Positions 54,852-63,465 of a stretch of DNA of 64,000 bases are shown here, piece after piece. The position numbers were made by a program, and so were the translations under genes. The notes beneath the pieces are model-generated. The model made no database searches and was not told the origin of the DNA. It worked only from the letters and a program-made list of their open reading frames with translations. The DNA lies in assembly GCA_041484665.1 (NCBI GenBank), contig JBGPIA010000004.1, positions 64,001 to 128,000 of the forward strand, read 5' to 3'. The number at the start of each line of letters is the position of its first letter. Positions within the stretch are counted from its first letter, which is position 1. The DNA comes from Candidatus Krumholzibacteriia bacterium (lineage in GTDB: Bacteria > Krumholzibacteriota > Krumholzibacteriia > JAJRXK01).

Positions 54852-57800
54852 CTAGCGTTGCAGCCGCGTGGCGACGACCACCGGCATCTGCATCGTCTGG
54901 ATCCTGCCCGTCGTCCGGTCGCTCACCAGCAGGTGGACCACGTAGGCGCCGGCCTCCACGATCTGCACCGTGTCGTCGCGGCCATCCCAGCTCACCGTGG
55001 CGCGGTTGTTGGTGAAGACGGCCGAAGGGTCGCTGAATCGGCTGTCGTAGAGCGTCTTGCGCAAACGGCCGGTGAGATCGAAGACGCGCAGCAAGACATC
55101 GGATCCCCGCTGCACGACCGTCGCGGGAACGGTGAAGGTGATCGGGTACGCTTCGCCCTCTCGCGGCAGGAATGTCTTGGGCGGGCCGACCAGCGTCACG
55201 AAGTCGATGAGCCCCTCCTCCACCGGGCGCACCACGCCGGGGGCTGCGATGGCGTTGCCCGTCGGGTCCGCCACGCCCGCCACGCGCACCGACCAGCCCT
55301 GCGCGACGGCCAGTTCGGCGGCCAGGCCCAGCACGACTTGGGTCGCGTCCTGACCCGCGCGGGCCGACTGGACCGCCACCGTCTCCGTAGGGACCTGGGT
55401 GCGGTAGACCGTGTAGTGCGCCACGTCCGCGATGGTGGCCGGATCGAGCGCCTCGTTGAACTTCAAGGTGAGCTCGGTTCGCCCCGTGAGGCTGGCGCGC
55501 AGCAGGGTCGGCGGAATGTCGTCGGGCGGCGGCTGATCGGTGATCTCCTCGCGCACACCCACGAGCACCTGGAAATCGCTCTGGAACTGGCTGCCCGCGC
55601 CCGAGGCCCAGATGGTGTTGCCGACGTTGAAGGCCGCTGCGCCCAGCGCGGTGACGACGCGCACGACGATGGGCCCGCTGCCGTCATTGACCGTGTAGTT
55701 GCTCGCCTCGTTGGCAGCGCCGGGGTTGGTGACGCTCTTGGCTACGATCTGCCCGGTGACGCGGATGTAGGTGCCCTCCCACGCGTGGCTCGCGGCGGTG
55801 CCGGTGCTCAGCGGCGTCGGCTTGAGCGGCGTGTTGCCGCCGCTGACCAGCGTCACCTCCGTAATGCCGGTGATCTCGATGGTGGTGAAAAAGGTGTCGA
55901 CCGTCCCCTTCACCAGCACGATGTTTCCTCGGTCCCGCAGGAGCGGGCTGCCGGCCGAGCTGCCGAACAGGTTGACTCCGCGACCCGAGTCATCCTGGAT
56001 GTATCCGGAGGTGGTCGACCCCCGATAGTTGTTCGGGATGTAGACCTGACCCTGGATTGTGACGGCCTGCCCCTTGTAGGTGTGCAGATTGTTGTGGATC
56101 GCAGCGATCGGGATGGCCCCCGACGCCGTGTGCGTGAAGGTGGCCGTGTCGCCGGACCCGGCCACGATGGCATTACCGGCCAGGTCCTGTAGGCCGTGCA
56201 CGCGCACCGTGTAGCCGACGTTCTCGGCGAGGCTGCCGCCCAGGGTCAGAGTGACGCTGATCCCGGATCCGAGGCTGGCCGCGCTCACCGGCACGGTGCT
56301 CGTCGGCTGAACCGTGCGGAAGACCTCGTAATTGGCGGCCAGGTTGGCGGTGGCGCCGGTCACGGCCTCGCTGAAACTCACCAGCACCTGCGAAGCGCTG
56401 GACGCCGCGGCGCTGGTCACAGTTGGGGGCGTGGTGTCGCCGCCGCTGGTGGTCTCGGCGATGTCGCCCACGACCCCCACCAAGACCTGGAAGTCGGTCT
56501 GGAACTGGGCGCCCGCGCCGGCTGCCCGGATCGTCTGTCCGACGTTGAATGCAGGCGCGCCCAGGGCGGTCACCACCCGCACGAGGACGTTTCCGCTGCC
56601 GTCGTTGACCGTATAGTTCGTCGCCTCGTTCGCGGCTCCCGGATTGGTGACGGCCTTGGCCGTGATGGGACCGGTGACGTTGATGTAGGTCCCTTCGTAG
56701 CTCGTGCTGCGCGCGGCTCCCGTGCTCAGGGCCAGGGGCGTCAACGGCACGTTGCCGCCGCTGACCAGCGAGATCTGCGTGAGCGTGACGACCTCGATCG
56801 TCGTGAAGAACGTGTCGACGGTCCCTGTCACCAGCACCACGTTGCCGCGGTTCTGCAGCTGCGGATCGTTGCTCGTGCTGCCGAACAGATTGATCCCCCG
56901 CCCCGAGCCGTCCTGGATGTAGCCCGAGTAGGTCGTGCTGCCGCGATAGTTGCTCGGAATGTAGACCTGCCCCTGGATCGTGACGACCTGCCCCTTGTAG
57001 GTGCGCAGGTTATTCTGGATCGTGGCGATGGGGATGGCGTTGCTAGGTGTGTACGTGAAGGTGGCGCTGTCCCCGGCGCCCGCGGCGACGGCGTTGCCGG
57101 CGAGGTCCTGCACGTTGCTGACACGCACGGTGTGGCCGACGCCAGCCGGGAGCGCGCTGCCCAGGGTCAGGGTCGCAGTGAGCCCGTCCCCCGAAAGGCT
57201 CGCCGCGGTGACCGTCACGGTGTTCGCTGGCGTGGCGGTCTGGAAGACCTGGTAGTTGGCCGCCACCTGGCCCGTGGCAAGCGTGACCGCCTCGCTGAAG
57301 TGCACGACCGCCTGCGTCGCGCTGCTGGCCGAGGCGCTCGTCACGGTCGGAGGCGTGGTGTCCCCCCCGCTCGCCAGGGCGATGTCAAAAGAGTTCCCCA
57401 CCAGGATCTGGTAGTCGGTCTGGAACTGCGCGCCCGCGCCGGCCGCCCGGATCGTCTGTCCGACGTTGAACGCCGGCGCACCGAGCGCGGTGACCACGCG
57501 CACCACGATGTTTCCACTCCCGTCGCTCACCGTGTAGTTGGTCGCCTCGTTCGCAGCGCCCGGGTTGGTGACCGCCTTGGCGCTGATGGTCCCGGACACC
57601 TGGATGTAGGTCCCCTCGTAGCTGTGGCTGGCTGCGGCGCCGGTGCCCAGTTGCACGGGCGTCAACGGTGCGTTCCCCCCGCTGACCAGCGAGATCTGCG
57701 TCAGCGTGACGACCTCGATCGTCGTGAAGAACGTGTCGACGGTCCCTGTCACCAGCACCACGTTGCCGCGGTTCTGCAGCTGCGGATCGTTGGTCGTGCT

Positions 57801-58385
57801 GCCGAACAGATTGATCCCCCGCCCCGAGCCATCCTGGATGTAGCCCGAGTAGGTCGTGCCGCCGCGATAGTTGCTCGGAATGTAGACCTGGCCCTGGATC
57901 GTGACGACCTGCCCCTTGTAGGTGCGCAGATTGTTCTGGATCGTGGCGATCGGGGTGGCGCTCGGTCCGCTGCTGAGCGTGAAGGTCACCGTGCTGCCGG
58001 CCGCGATGGGGTTGCCCTGCAGGTCCTCCACGTTCTGCACGCGCACGGTGTAGCCCGTGCTGCTGGCCAGGTCGCTGCCCAGCGTGAGCGTGGCCACGGC
58101 TGCGTTCACCGAGGCGGCGCTCACCACGACCGTGCTGGCCGGGGTCGCAGTCTCGAAGATCTGGTAGTTCGAGGCAGTACCGCCCGTGAATGGGTCGACC
58201 GACTTGGAGAACGTCACCCGCACGGTGCGCGCGTCGGGCGCCGTGGCGCTCACCAGCGCGGGTGCCTGCGCCCAGACCGCCGGGGGGTCGGCCACCAAGA
58301 GCGCCACGGCGCACAGCAGCAGGAGAGCGGAGAGCGGGCGGGCGATCCGGGGAAACCCGTGGGAGAGAGCACGACGGCTGCGCAA
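54852..58385 (-). CDS. Large secreted protein: 4 Ig-like (Big_5/SbsA-type) domains alternating with 3 tandem OB-fold pairs, FlgD-Ig/T9SS-like C-terminal domain
   Basis: TTG start 8 nt after AAGGAG; signal peptide; DTTPPTV...FSEAV...V.DLAGN Ig units; YKGQVVTIQGQV..YIQDGSG and YEGTYI..YTVNDGSG OB units; tail RVFDLTGR...WDGRD...AGAY. Confidence 0.85.
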   Translation of the reverse strand: MRSRRALSHGFPRIARPLSALLLLCAVALLVADPPAVWAQAPALVSATAPDARTVRVTFSKSVDPFTGGTASNYQIFETATPASTVVVSAASVNAAVATLTLGSDLASSTGYTVRVQNVEDLQGNPIAAGSTVTFTLSSGPSATPIATIQNNLRTYKGQVVTIQGQVYIPSNYRGGTTYSGYIQDGSGRGINLFGSTTNDPQLQNRGNVVLVTGTVDTFFTTIEVVTLTQISLVSGGNAPLTPVQLGTGAAASHSYEGTYIQVSGTISAKAVTNPGAANEATNYTVSDGSGNIVVRVVTALGAPAFNVGQTIRAAGAGAQFQTDYQILVGNSFDIALASGGDTTPPTVTSASASSATQAVVHFSEAVTLATGQVAANYQVFQTATPANTVTVTAASLSGDGLTATLTLGSALPAGVGHTVRVSNVQDLAGNAVAAGAGDSATFTYTPSNAIPIATIQNNLRTYKGQVVTIQGQVYIPSNYRGSTTYSGYIQDGSGRGINLFGSTSNDPQLQNRGNVVLVTGTVDTFFTTIEVVTLTQISLVSGGNVPLTPLALSTGAARSTSYEGTYINVTGPITAKAVTNPGAANEATNYTVNDGSGNVLVRVVTALGAPAFNVGQTIRAAGAGAQFQTDFQVLVGVVGDIAETTSGGDTTPPTVTSAAASSASQVLVSFSEAVTGATANLAANYEVFRTVQPTSTVPVSAASLGSGISVTLTLGGSLAENVGYTVRVHGLQDLAGNAIVAGSGDTATFTHTASGAIPIAAIHNNLHTYKGQAVTIQGQVYIPNNYRGSTTSGYIQDDSGRGVNLFGSSAGSPLLRDRGNIVLVKGTVDTFFTTIEITGITEVTLVSGGNTPLKPTPLSTGTAASHAWEGTYIRVTGQIVAKSVTNPGAANEASNYTVNDGSGPIVVRVVTALGAAAFNVGNTIWASGAGSQFQSDFQVLVGVREEITDQPPPDDIPPTLLRASLTGRTELTLKFNEALDPATIADVAHYTVYRTQVPTETVAVQSARAGQDATQVVLGLAAELAVAQGWSVRVAGVADPTGNAIAAPGVVRPVEEGLIDFVTLVGPPKTFLPREGEAYPITFTVPATVVQRGSDVLLRVFDLTGRLRKTLYDSRFSDPSAVFTNNRATVSWDGRDDTVQIVEAGAYVVHLLVSDRTTGRIQTMQMPVVVATRLQR
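56761..57950. repeat. Intragenic direct repeat, 269 nt x2 (56761-57029 and 57682-57950), third diverged copy near 55843-56110
   Basis: Seven mismatches in 269 nt counted by eye; offset 921 nt (307 codons). Confidence 0.9.
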
Positions 58386-58509
58386 GAGACCGGCTCCTTG
58401 CCCCGGACCGGCGCGGCCGGCTCGCGGGGATCGGGGTGGGGGCTGGATTCGTCGCGCTGGCGGGCCCGCACGACGGCATCCCGGCAACCGCGCCGGAAGC
58501 GGAAGGGGA

Positions 58510-58538
58510 ACCATAGCACCCGGGCGCAGACCCGTGAA
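58510..58538 (-). promoter_or_regulatory. Putative sigma70 promoter for the six-gene exported operon
   Basis: TTCACG-N17-TATGGT with TG extension. Confidence 0.5.
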
Positions 58539-58654
58539 GCCCCTCCCGCACGCCGCAGGGAAGGAAGCGGAGGGGTGGAAATCAAGAAAAAGAGGGGCGT
58601 CGCGCGTGCAATGCGTCATGCCGCCCTGGCGAGGCCGGGGCGGCGCGCCTGCGA

Positions 58655-59137
58655 TTAGAAGTGCTTCGCCTCTTCGGCCATCAGGGCGTCGAGGATCCGG
58701 GCGGGCGTCGTCGCGCACCGGACCGCTTTCAAGAACGACTCCATGCGGGCCAGGCGCGAGATGCGCGCGAGCACGCGCAACTGCTGACCGGGCTGGTCCT
58801 TCTGGCCGGCCAACAGGAAGACCAGGTCGACCGGCTCGCCGTCGACGGCGTTGAAGGGGATGGGGCGGGTCAGGCGCGCGATCACCACCAAGCTGCCCAC
58901 GACCGCCTCACTGCGGGCGTGCGGGATGGCGATCCCTCCGCCGATCCCCGTGCTCTCCACCCGCTCGCGAGCGAGCAGGTCGGCCAGCAGCCGCTCCCCA
59001 TCCACGACCTTGCCCAATTCGACCAGACGTCCCACCAGGGAGCGGAGGCACTCCTCGCTGGTTGCGACCGACAGATCGGCGATGACCGTCTCCGGCGACA
59101 CGTAGTTGATGAGCTTCATCGTAGTCTCGTCCGCCAT
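58655..59137 (-). CDS. PTS EIIA domain protein (second copy)
   Basis: RERVESTGIGGGIAIPHAR, FNAVDGEPVDLVFLL; start 59137 or 59119. Confidence 0.9.
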   Translation of the reverse strand: MADETTMKLINYVSPETVIADLSVATSEECLRSLVGRLVELGKVVDGERLLADLLARERVESTGIGGGIAIPHARSEAVVGSLVVIARLTRPIPFNAVDGEPVDLVFLLAGQKDQPGQQLRVLARISRLARMESFLKAVRCATTPARILDALMAEEAKHF

Positions 59138-59180
59138 GGGCGCCCGCGCCGTTGCGCGCCCCAACCAGGAACTCCTGGCA

Positions 59181-60257
59181 CTATCTGGGCGTGGCACCAT
59201 CGTCCTTCGCTTTCAAGAACCGTTCCACGCTGTCGGCGACCTCCGCGAACGCCCGGGCGGAGGCGCTGGCGGGGTGGGCCACGACGACAGGACGGCCGGC
59301 ATCCCCACACTCGCGGACGACCGTCTCGATGGGAACGGCCCCCAGGAAGGGGACGCCGTAACGGTCGCTGGTGCGCTTGCCACCGCCTTTGCCGAAGATC
59401 TCGGTCTCGTTCCCGCAGTGGGAGCAGACGAAGCCGCTCATGTTCTCCACCACACCGATGATCGGAGCGCGGGTCTCCTCGAACATCTGGATGCCGCGCA
59501 CGACATCGATCAGCGCCACGTCCTGGGGGGTGGTGACCATGACCACTCCCGACAGGGGCACCTTCTGCACCAGCGTCAACTGCGCGTCGCCGGTCCCCGG
59601 CGGCAGGTCCACGACCAGAATGTCGAGCTCGCCCCACAGTACGTCGCCAAGGAACTGCGAGACGGCCGCCATGACCATCGGCCCGCGCCAGATCATGGCC
59701 TTCTCCTGGGGAACCAGGAAGCCGATGGACATGTTCCGCACGCCGTGTTTGTCGATGGGGATGATCTTGCGCTCGGCGGTGATCGTGGGCTGCTCATCGA
59801 TGCCCATCATGGTGGGCAGGCTGGGACCGTAGATATCGGCATCCATCAACCCCACCTTCAGCCCCTTGCGCGCCAGCGCGAGCGCCAGGTTGGTCGCCAC
59901 CGTGGACTTGCCCACGCCGCCCTTCGCGCTGGCGACCGCGACGCAGTGGCGGATGCCCGGCAGCATCTGGCGGCCGGACAGCGGATCGGGGGATTTCTGA
60001 GGCGCCTGCTCCTTGCGCCGCAGCTCGAGGCCGACTCGTCCCACGCCGGGCAGGGCGCGTAGCGCAGCCTCGGCGGCGGCGCGGATCTGCTCGACGGACG
60101 CCGGCTCTGCAATGGTGTGCTCGATCACGACGGCGACGTCACGGCCAGTGACCGTAACCTGCCGCACGAGGCCGAACGAGACGATGTCCCGGGAGAACCC
60201 CGGGTACTTCACCGTCCGCAGCGCCTGCTGCACCTGATCCTCGGAGATGTCGGGCAT
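59181..60257 (-). CDS. mrp: Mrp/ApbC (NBP35) Fe-S cluster carrier ATPase
   Basis: SAKGGVGKST, DADIYGPS, WRGPM, DLPPGTGD, ENMSGFVCSHC; AAGGAGG RBS. Confidence 0.95.
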   Translation of the reverse strand: MPDISEDQVQQALRTVKYPGFSRDIVSFGLVRQVTVTGRDVAVVIEHTIAEPASVEQIRAAAEAALRALPGVGRVGLELRRKEQAPQKSPDPLSGRQMLPGIRHCVAVASAKGGVGKSTVATNLALALARKGLKVGLMDADIYGPSLPTMMGIDEQPTITAERKIIPIDKHGVRNMSIGFLVPQEKAMIWRGPMVMAAVSQFLGDVLWGELDILVVDLPPGTGDAQLTLVQKVPLSGVVMVTTPQDVALIDVVRGIQMFEETRAPIIGVVENMSGFVCSHCGNETEIFGKGGGKRTSDRYGVPFLGAVPIETVVRECGDAGRPVVVAHPASASARAFAEVADSVERFLKAKDDGATPR

Positions 60258-60277
60258 GACCCTCCTTGTTGGCCCGC

Positions 60278-60315
60278 CGCGGCCGGATGCGGACAACGCG
60301 GCCGGATGCGGACAG
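60278..60315. repeat. 19-nt tandem direct repeat x2
   Basis: CGCGGCCGGATGCGGACAA then CGCGGCCGGATGCGGACAG, just upstream of the mrp RBS. Confidence 0.8.
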
Positions 60316-60477
60316 CGCGCCCAGTGGGCGCCGCGCAGGGCGCCCCATTGACGCTGCCCGCAGCCGGCCGGGATACTCCGCGCCTGCGGGGGCCGCGCCT
60401 GGCGCGCGGACGGTAAGCAAACACAGACCCCGCAGGCGAGCAACCCGAAAAGGCACACGATTCCAGGAGCGCCCCGC

Positions 60478-61251
60478 TTGCCCTCCTTGAGCGTCACGCT
60501 GATCGTGCGCGACGAGCAGGAGAACCTGCCCGACGCCCTGCGCAGCTGCGAAGCGCTGGCCGACGAGATCGTCGTGGTGGACACGGGCAGCCGCGACGCC
60601 ACGCCGAGCATCGCGCGGGAGCACGCCAAGGTCCGCCTGCTGCACGCCGACTTCCAGGACTTCAGCCAGGCGAAGGGCCTGGCCCTGGAGCAGGCAACCG
60701 GGGAGTGGGTGCTGGCGCTGGACGCCGATGAGCGCGTCAGCCAGCAGCTCGCGGACGCCATTGCGCGACTGCGCGCCAGTGGCGAACTGGCGCGCCACGC
60801 CGGCTACACCATCCACCGCCAAACGCGCATCCTCGGGCGCACCATGACGTCCATGGGTCTGCAGCGCGACGATCCGCTGCGTCTGTTCCGGCGCGAGGGG
60901 GCAAGCTACAACCGGCGGCCGGTGCACGAGGGGATCGTGCTTCCGCCGGGCGCGAGCGTGGGCCGCCTCGAGGAGCCTCTGCTCCACCACACCTTCGGCG
61001 GGGTCGACGCCTACCTGCGCAAGATCGACCTCTACACCACGCTGGAGATCAGGGAGGGCGGGCGGCGATTCAGCCTCTGGCACCTGGTGGCGGGACCGCC
61101 CAGCACATTCCTGCGCTTCTACGTCAGCCGCGGCGGCTACCGCGACGGGTTCCAAGGCTTCCTGTGGGCGAGCCTGACCGCGATCGGGGTGTTCCTGCGC
61201 GACGTCAAGCTCTGGATCGCCCGCGAGCAGGCGGCCGGACGCCTGCGCTAG
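60478..61251 (+). CDS. GT2 glycosyltransferase (WaaE/KdtX-like beta-1,4-glucosyltransferase family)
   Basis: VVDTGSRDAT, WVLALDADE, VHE, YTTLE, GYRDGFQG; TTG start after AGGAG. Confidence 0.9.
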   Translation: MPSLSVTLIVRDEQENLPDALRSCEALADEIVVVDTGSRDATPSIAREHAKVRLLHADFQDFSQAKGLALEQATGEWVLALDADERVSQQLADAIARLRASGELARHAGYTIHRQTRILGRTMTSMGLQRDDPLRLFRREGASYNRRPVHEGIVLPPGASVGRLEEPLLHHTFGGVDAYLRKIDLYTTLEIREGGRRFSLWHLVAGPPSTFLRFYVSRGGYRDGFQGFLWASLTAIGVFLRDVKLWIAREQAAGRLR

Positions 61252-62849
61252 CGCGCTCCCAGGAGTTTGCGCTCAGCGATCTCCCGCCCGCGGTCGGTGA
61301 ACTCACGGAATGGATGCCCGGGGCACTGGCCGTCGAGGTAGTCGTAGATGGCCAGCGCTTGCTCGGCTCCCGCGTCCTGCCGCACCAGCTCGTCGGCAAT
61401 CTGGACCAGGCCCTTGATGGCCGGCACGAGGCCGGGGTCGAGCCCTAGCAGGCGCGTGTAGAGCGAGGTCGCCACGTCCAGCTTGCGCAGCACCTTCTGG
61501 GCGTGGGCGACCTTCAGCCAGTCCTCGGGCGAGAGTCCCAGCTCGTCCAGCTGGTCGGCGAACGGCTCGAGCAGGTCACCGATGGCGCCGTGGCTGCCTA
61601 GAGCGCAGGACTGCTGCGCGGCCTCGCGCGCCGTGGCCAGCGCGATGCCGGGGCGTACCTGCTTCTCCAACGCGGCCAAGCGCGCCAGCAGCTGCGGCTG
61701 GCGTCCCCGCGCCGCCATCAGCTCGTCCAGCTCGGCGAGCGCCTTGGCCGGTTCGGTGCGGGCCAGCCGCTCGTTGGCGCGTAGGACCTCCAGCACGCTG
61801 GCGTTGGCGAGCTGGCTCTTGGGGGGCAACGCGTGCTCGGGGGTGACCGCCGCCGCGCGTGGCCCGGCGTGCGGCGGGTTGGGCATCGTGGCGTGGGGTG
61901 GAGTGGCCGACCCGGCACGCGGGGCCGGGCGAGCCGATGCCGAGGCCGCCACCGTGGCCGCCGCCGAGGCCGCCGAGGCGGCCGCGGCCGCCTCGATCAG
62001 AGCGGAGTCCACGGCGCGCGAGACGCCGCCCGCCGCGAGGCCGAAAATCTGCACCGAGCCACTGTCCGCGGCAGACGCGCGCGGCTTTGGACCCGACGCG
62101 CCGGCATCCACGCCGACCACGCCCACGCGGATGAATCCGCCGACGAGCCGGCCGAGCAGCAGCAGCATCACGCCAAAGCTATAGACACCGGCGATGACGC
62201 CAAAGGCGACCATCGCATTGAGCTTGCCGTTGCCCAGGGCGACGGCGAACAGGTAGGCGAGCCCCATCCCGCCCAGCGAGCCCCCCAGGTACACCGCGAT
62301 CAGGGCGGCGACGTCGTGGCCGCGGCCTGCGAACATCGAGCGCCACTGCTCGCGGTCGAGGAGGTCGGCGAAGCTGAGCGCGGAGACGCTCGCAATCAGG
62401 AACAGAGGCGGAAGCAGCGCGAAGGAGAGCACCAGGAGGGCCAGCCCCGGGCCCACGGCGCCGGCGACGCCGCCCGTCATCAGCCGGGCGGGGAGGTCCT
62501 GTGCCACCCCGCGCGCCAGCAGGCCTGCGGGGATCAGCCAGAGCAGGTTCAGGAACAGGAAGCGACCCAGCGCCGCCACGGCCTCGGGCCAGTTGGAGCC
62601 GTCGTCCTTGAAGAAGCCAGCGTGCGGCGACCCGAACGCGCTCTGCAGCGCGATGCGCAGCAGGAACAGGCTGTTGACCACGAACAGGACCAGTGGCATG
62701 AGACCGCTGCCGGCCCCCGACCGCAGCAGCACCCCCAGTCCCAGCAGCAGGCCGCCACAGAACAGCCCGATGACCACTGCATACGGAGAAAGGCTCTGCC
62801 AGAGGATCGCGGCGACCTCGCCGCCGTACTGGCCATTCTTGCGTTCCAT
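61248..62849 (-). CDS. Hypothetical protein: about 6 TM, Ala/Pro-rich linker, C-terminal TPR-like helices
   Basis: Hydrophobic N-half, low-complexity linker, helical C-terminus; ATG 62849 after GGAG. Confidence 0.7.
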   Translation of the reverse strand: MERKNGQYGGEVAAILWQSLSPYAVVIGLFCGGLLLGLGVLLRSGAGSGLMPLVLFVVNSLFLLRIALQSAFGSPHAGFFKDDGSNWPEAVAALGRFLFLNLLWLIPAGLLARGVAQDLPARLMTGGVAGAVGPGLALLVLSFALLPPLFLIASVSALSFADLLDREQWRSMFAGRGHDVAALIAVYLGGSLGGMGLAYLFAVALGNGKLNAMVAFGVIAGVYSFGVMLLLLGRLVGGFIRVGVVGVDAGASGPKPRASAADSGSVQIFGLAAGGVSRAVDSALIEAAAAASAASAAATVAASASARPAPRAGSATPPHATMPNPPHAGPRAAAVTPEHALPPKSQLANASVLEVLRANERLARTEPAKALAELDELMAARGRQPQLLARLAALEKQVRPGIALATAREAAQQSCALGSHGAIGDLLEPFADQLDELGLSPEDWLKVAHAQKVLRKLDVATSLYTRLLGLDPGLVPAIKGLVQIADELVRQDAGAEQALAIYDYLDGQCPGHPFREFTDRGREIAERKLLGAR

Positions 62850-62937
62850 CGCTGCGCTCCCGGGAGAGTCGCATTCTGCAATGCGGCCTCCCTTCTCGGG
62901 ATGGATGGGCGGTCGTTCCCCAACACTGGAGCGGCGA

Positions 62938-62954
62938 CGCAAGGATCGCGCCCG
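62938..62954 (-). promoter_or_regulatory. Putative sigma54 promoter
   Basis: CGGGCGCGATCCTTGCG: GGCGCG-N4-TTGC. Confidence 0.5.
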
Positions 62955-63076
62955 GACCGGGTTGCGCCGGATGGGGTGCGCTGAGGGCGGCGCTTCCCGG
63001 TTGATCCCCGGGGGGCTCCGTCGCCGCGCCGGTCGCGAGCGCGCAAGCAGCAATCCCTGCCGGGTTGCAGCGCAGG

Positions 63077-63421
63077 CTAGGGCTGGGCGAAGGAGGCGAC
63101 GGCCGCCGCCTCATCCTCGAACGTCTCGAAGATGAGCTCCAGCTGCGTAACGTGGAGGATGTTGTCGATGCGGTCGGAGACCTCGGCGATCTTCATGCGG
63201 CCGCCGTTCTTGACCAGCGTCGTGTACGCCGAGACCAGCAGCCCCAGCCCCGTGCTGTTGATCCACTTCACCTTGGAGAGGTTCAGCACGATATCGACCT
63301 TGCCCTGGGAGATGAAGCTCTTGATCGTGTTGTTGAACAGCTCGAAGTCCTCGCCGCCCATGATCTTGCCCGAGATGTCCAGGACGGTGACGTCACCCTT
63401 GTCGCGCTGCTTGATCTTCAA
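63077..63421 (-). CDS. STAS-domain anti-sigma factor antagonist (RsbV/SpoIIAA-like)
   Basis: VLDISGKIMGG, VLNLSKVKWINSTGLG (phospho-Ser), ITQL-like VTQL..IFE; TTG start after GGGGAGGG. Confidence 0.9.
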   Translation of the reverse strand: MKIKQRDKGDVTVLDISGKIMGGEDFELFNNTIKSFISQGKVDIVLNLSKVKWINSTGLGLLVSAYTTLVKNGGRMKIAEVSDRIDNILHVTQLELIFETFEDEAAAVASFAQP

Positions 63422-63465
63422 GAGACCCTCCCCGGCGTACCGCCACGCCCTCCCGCCGCCCCCGA

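Noticed and set aside
55540..57950. CRISPR array or diversity-generating retroelement template/variable repeat pair
   Set aside because: Repeats are in-frame protein domains, mismatches are not adenine-specific, and there is no reverse transcriptase or cas gene
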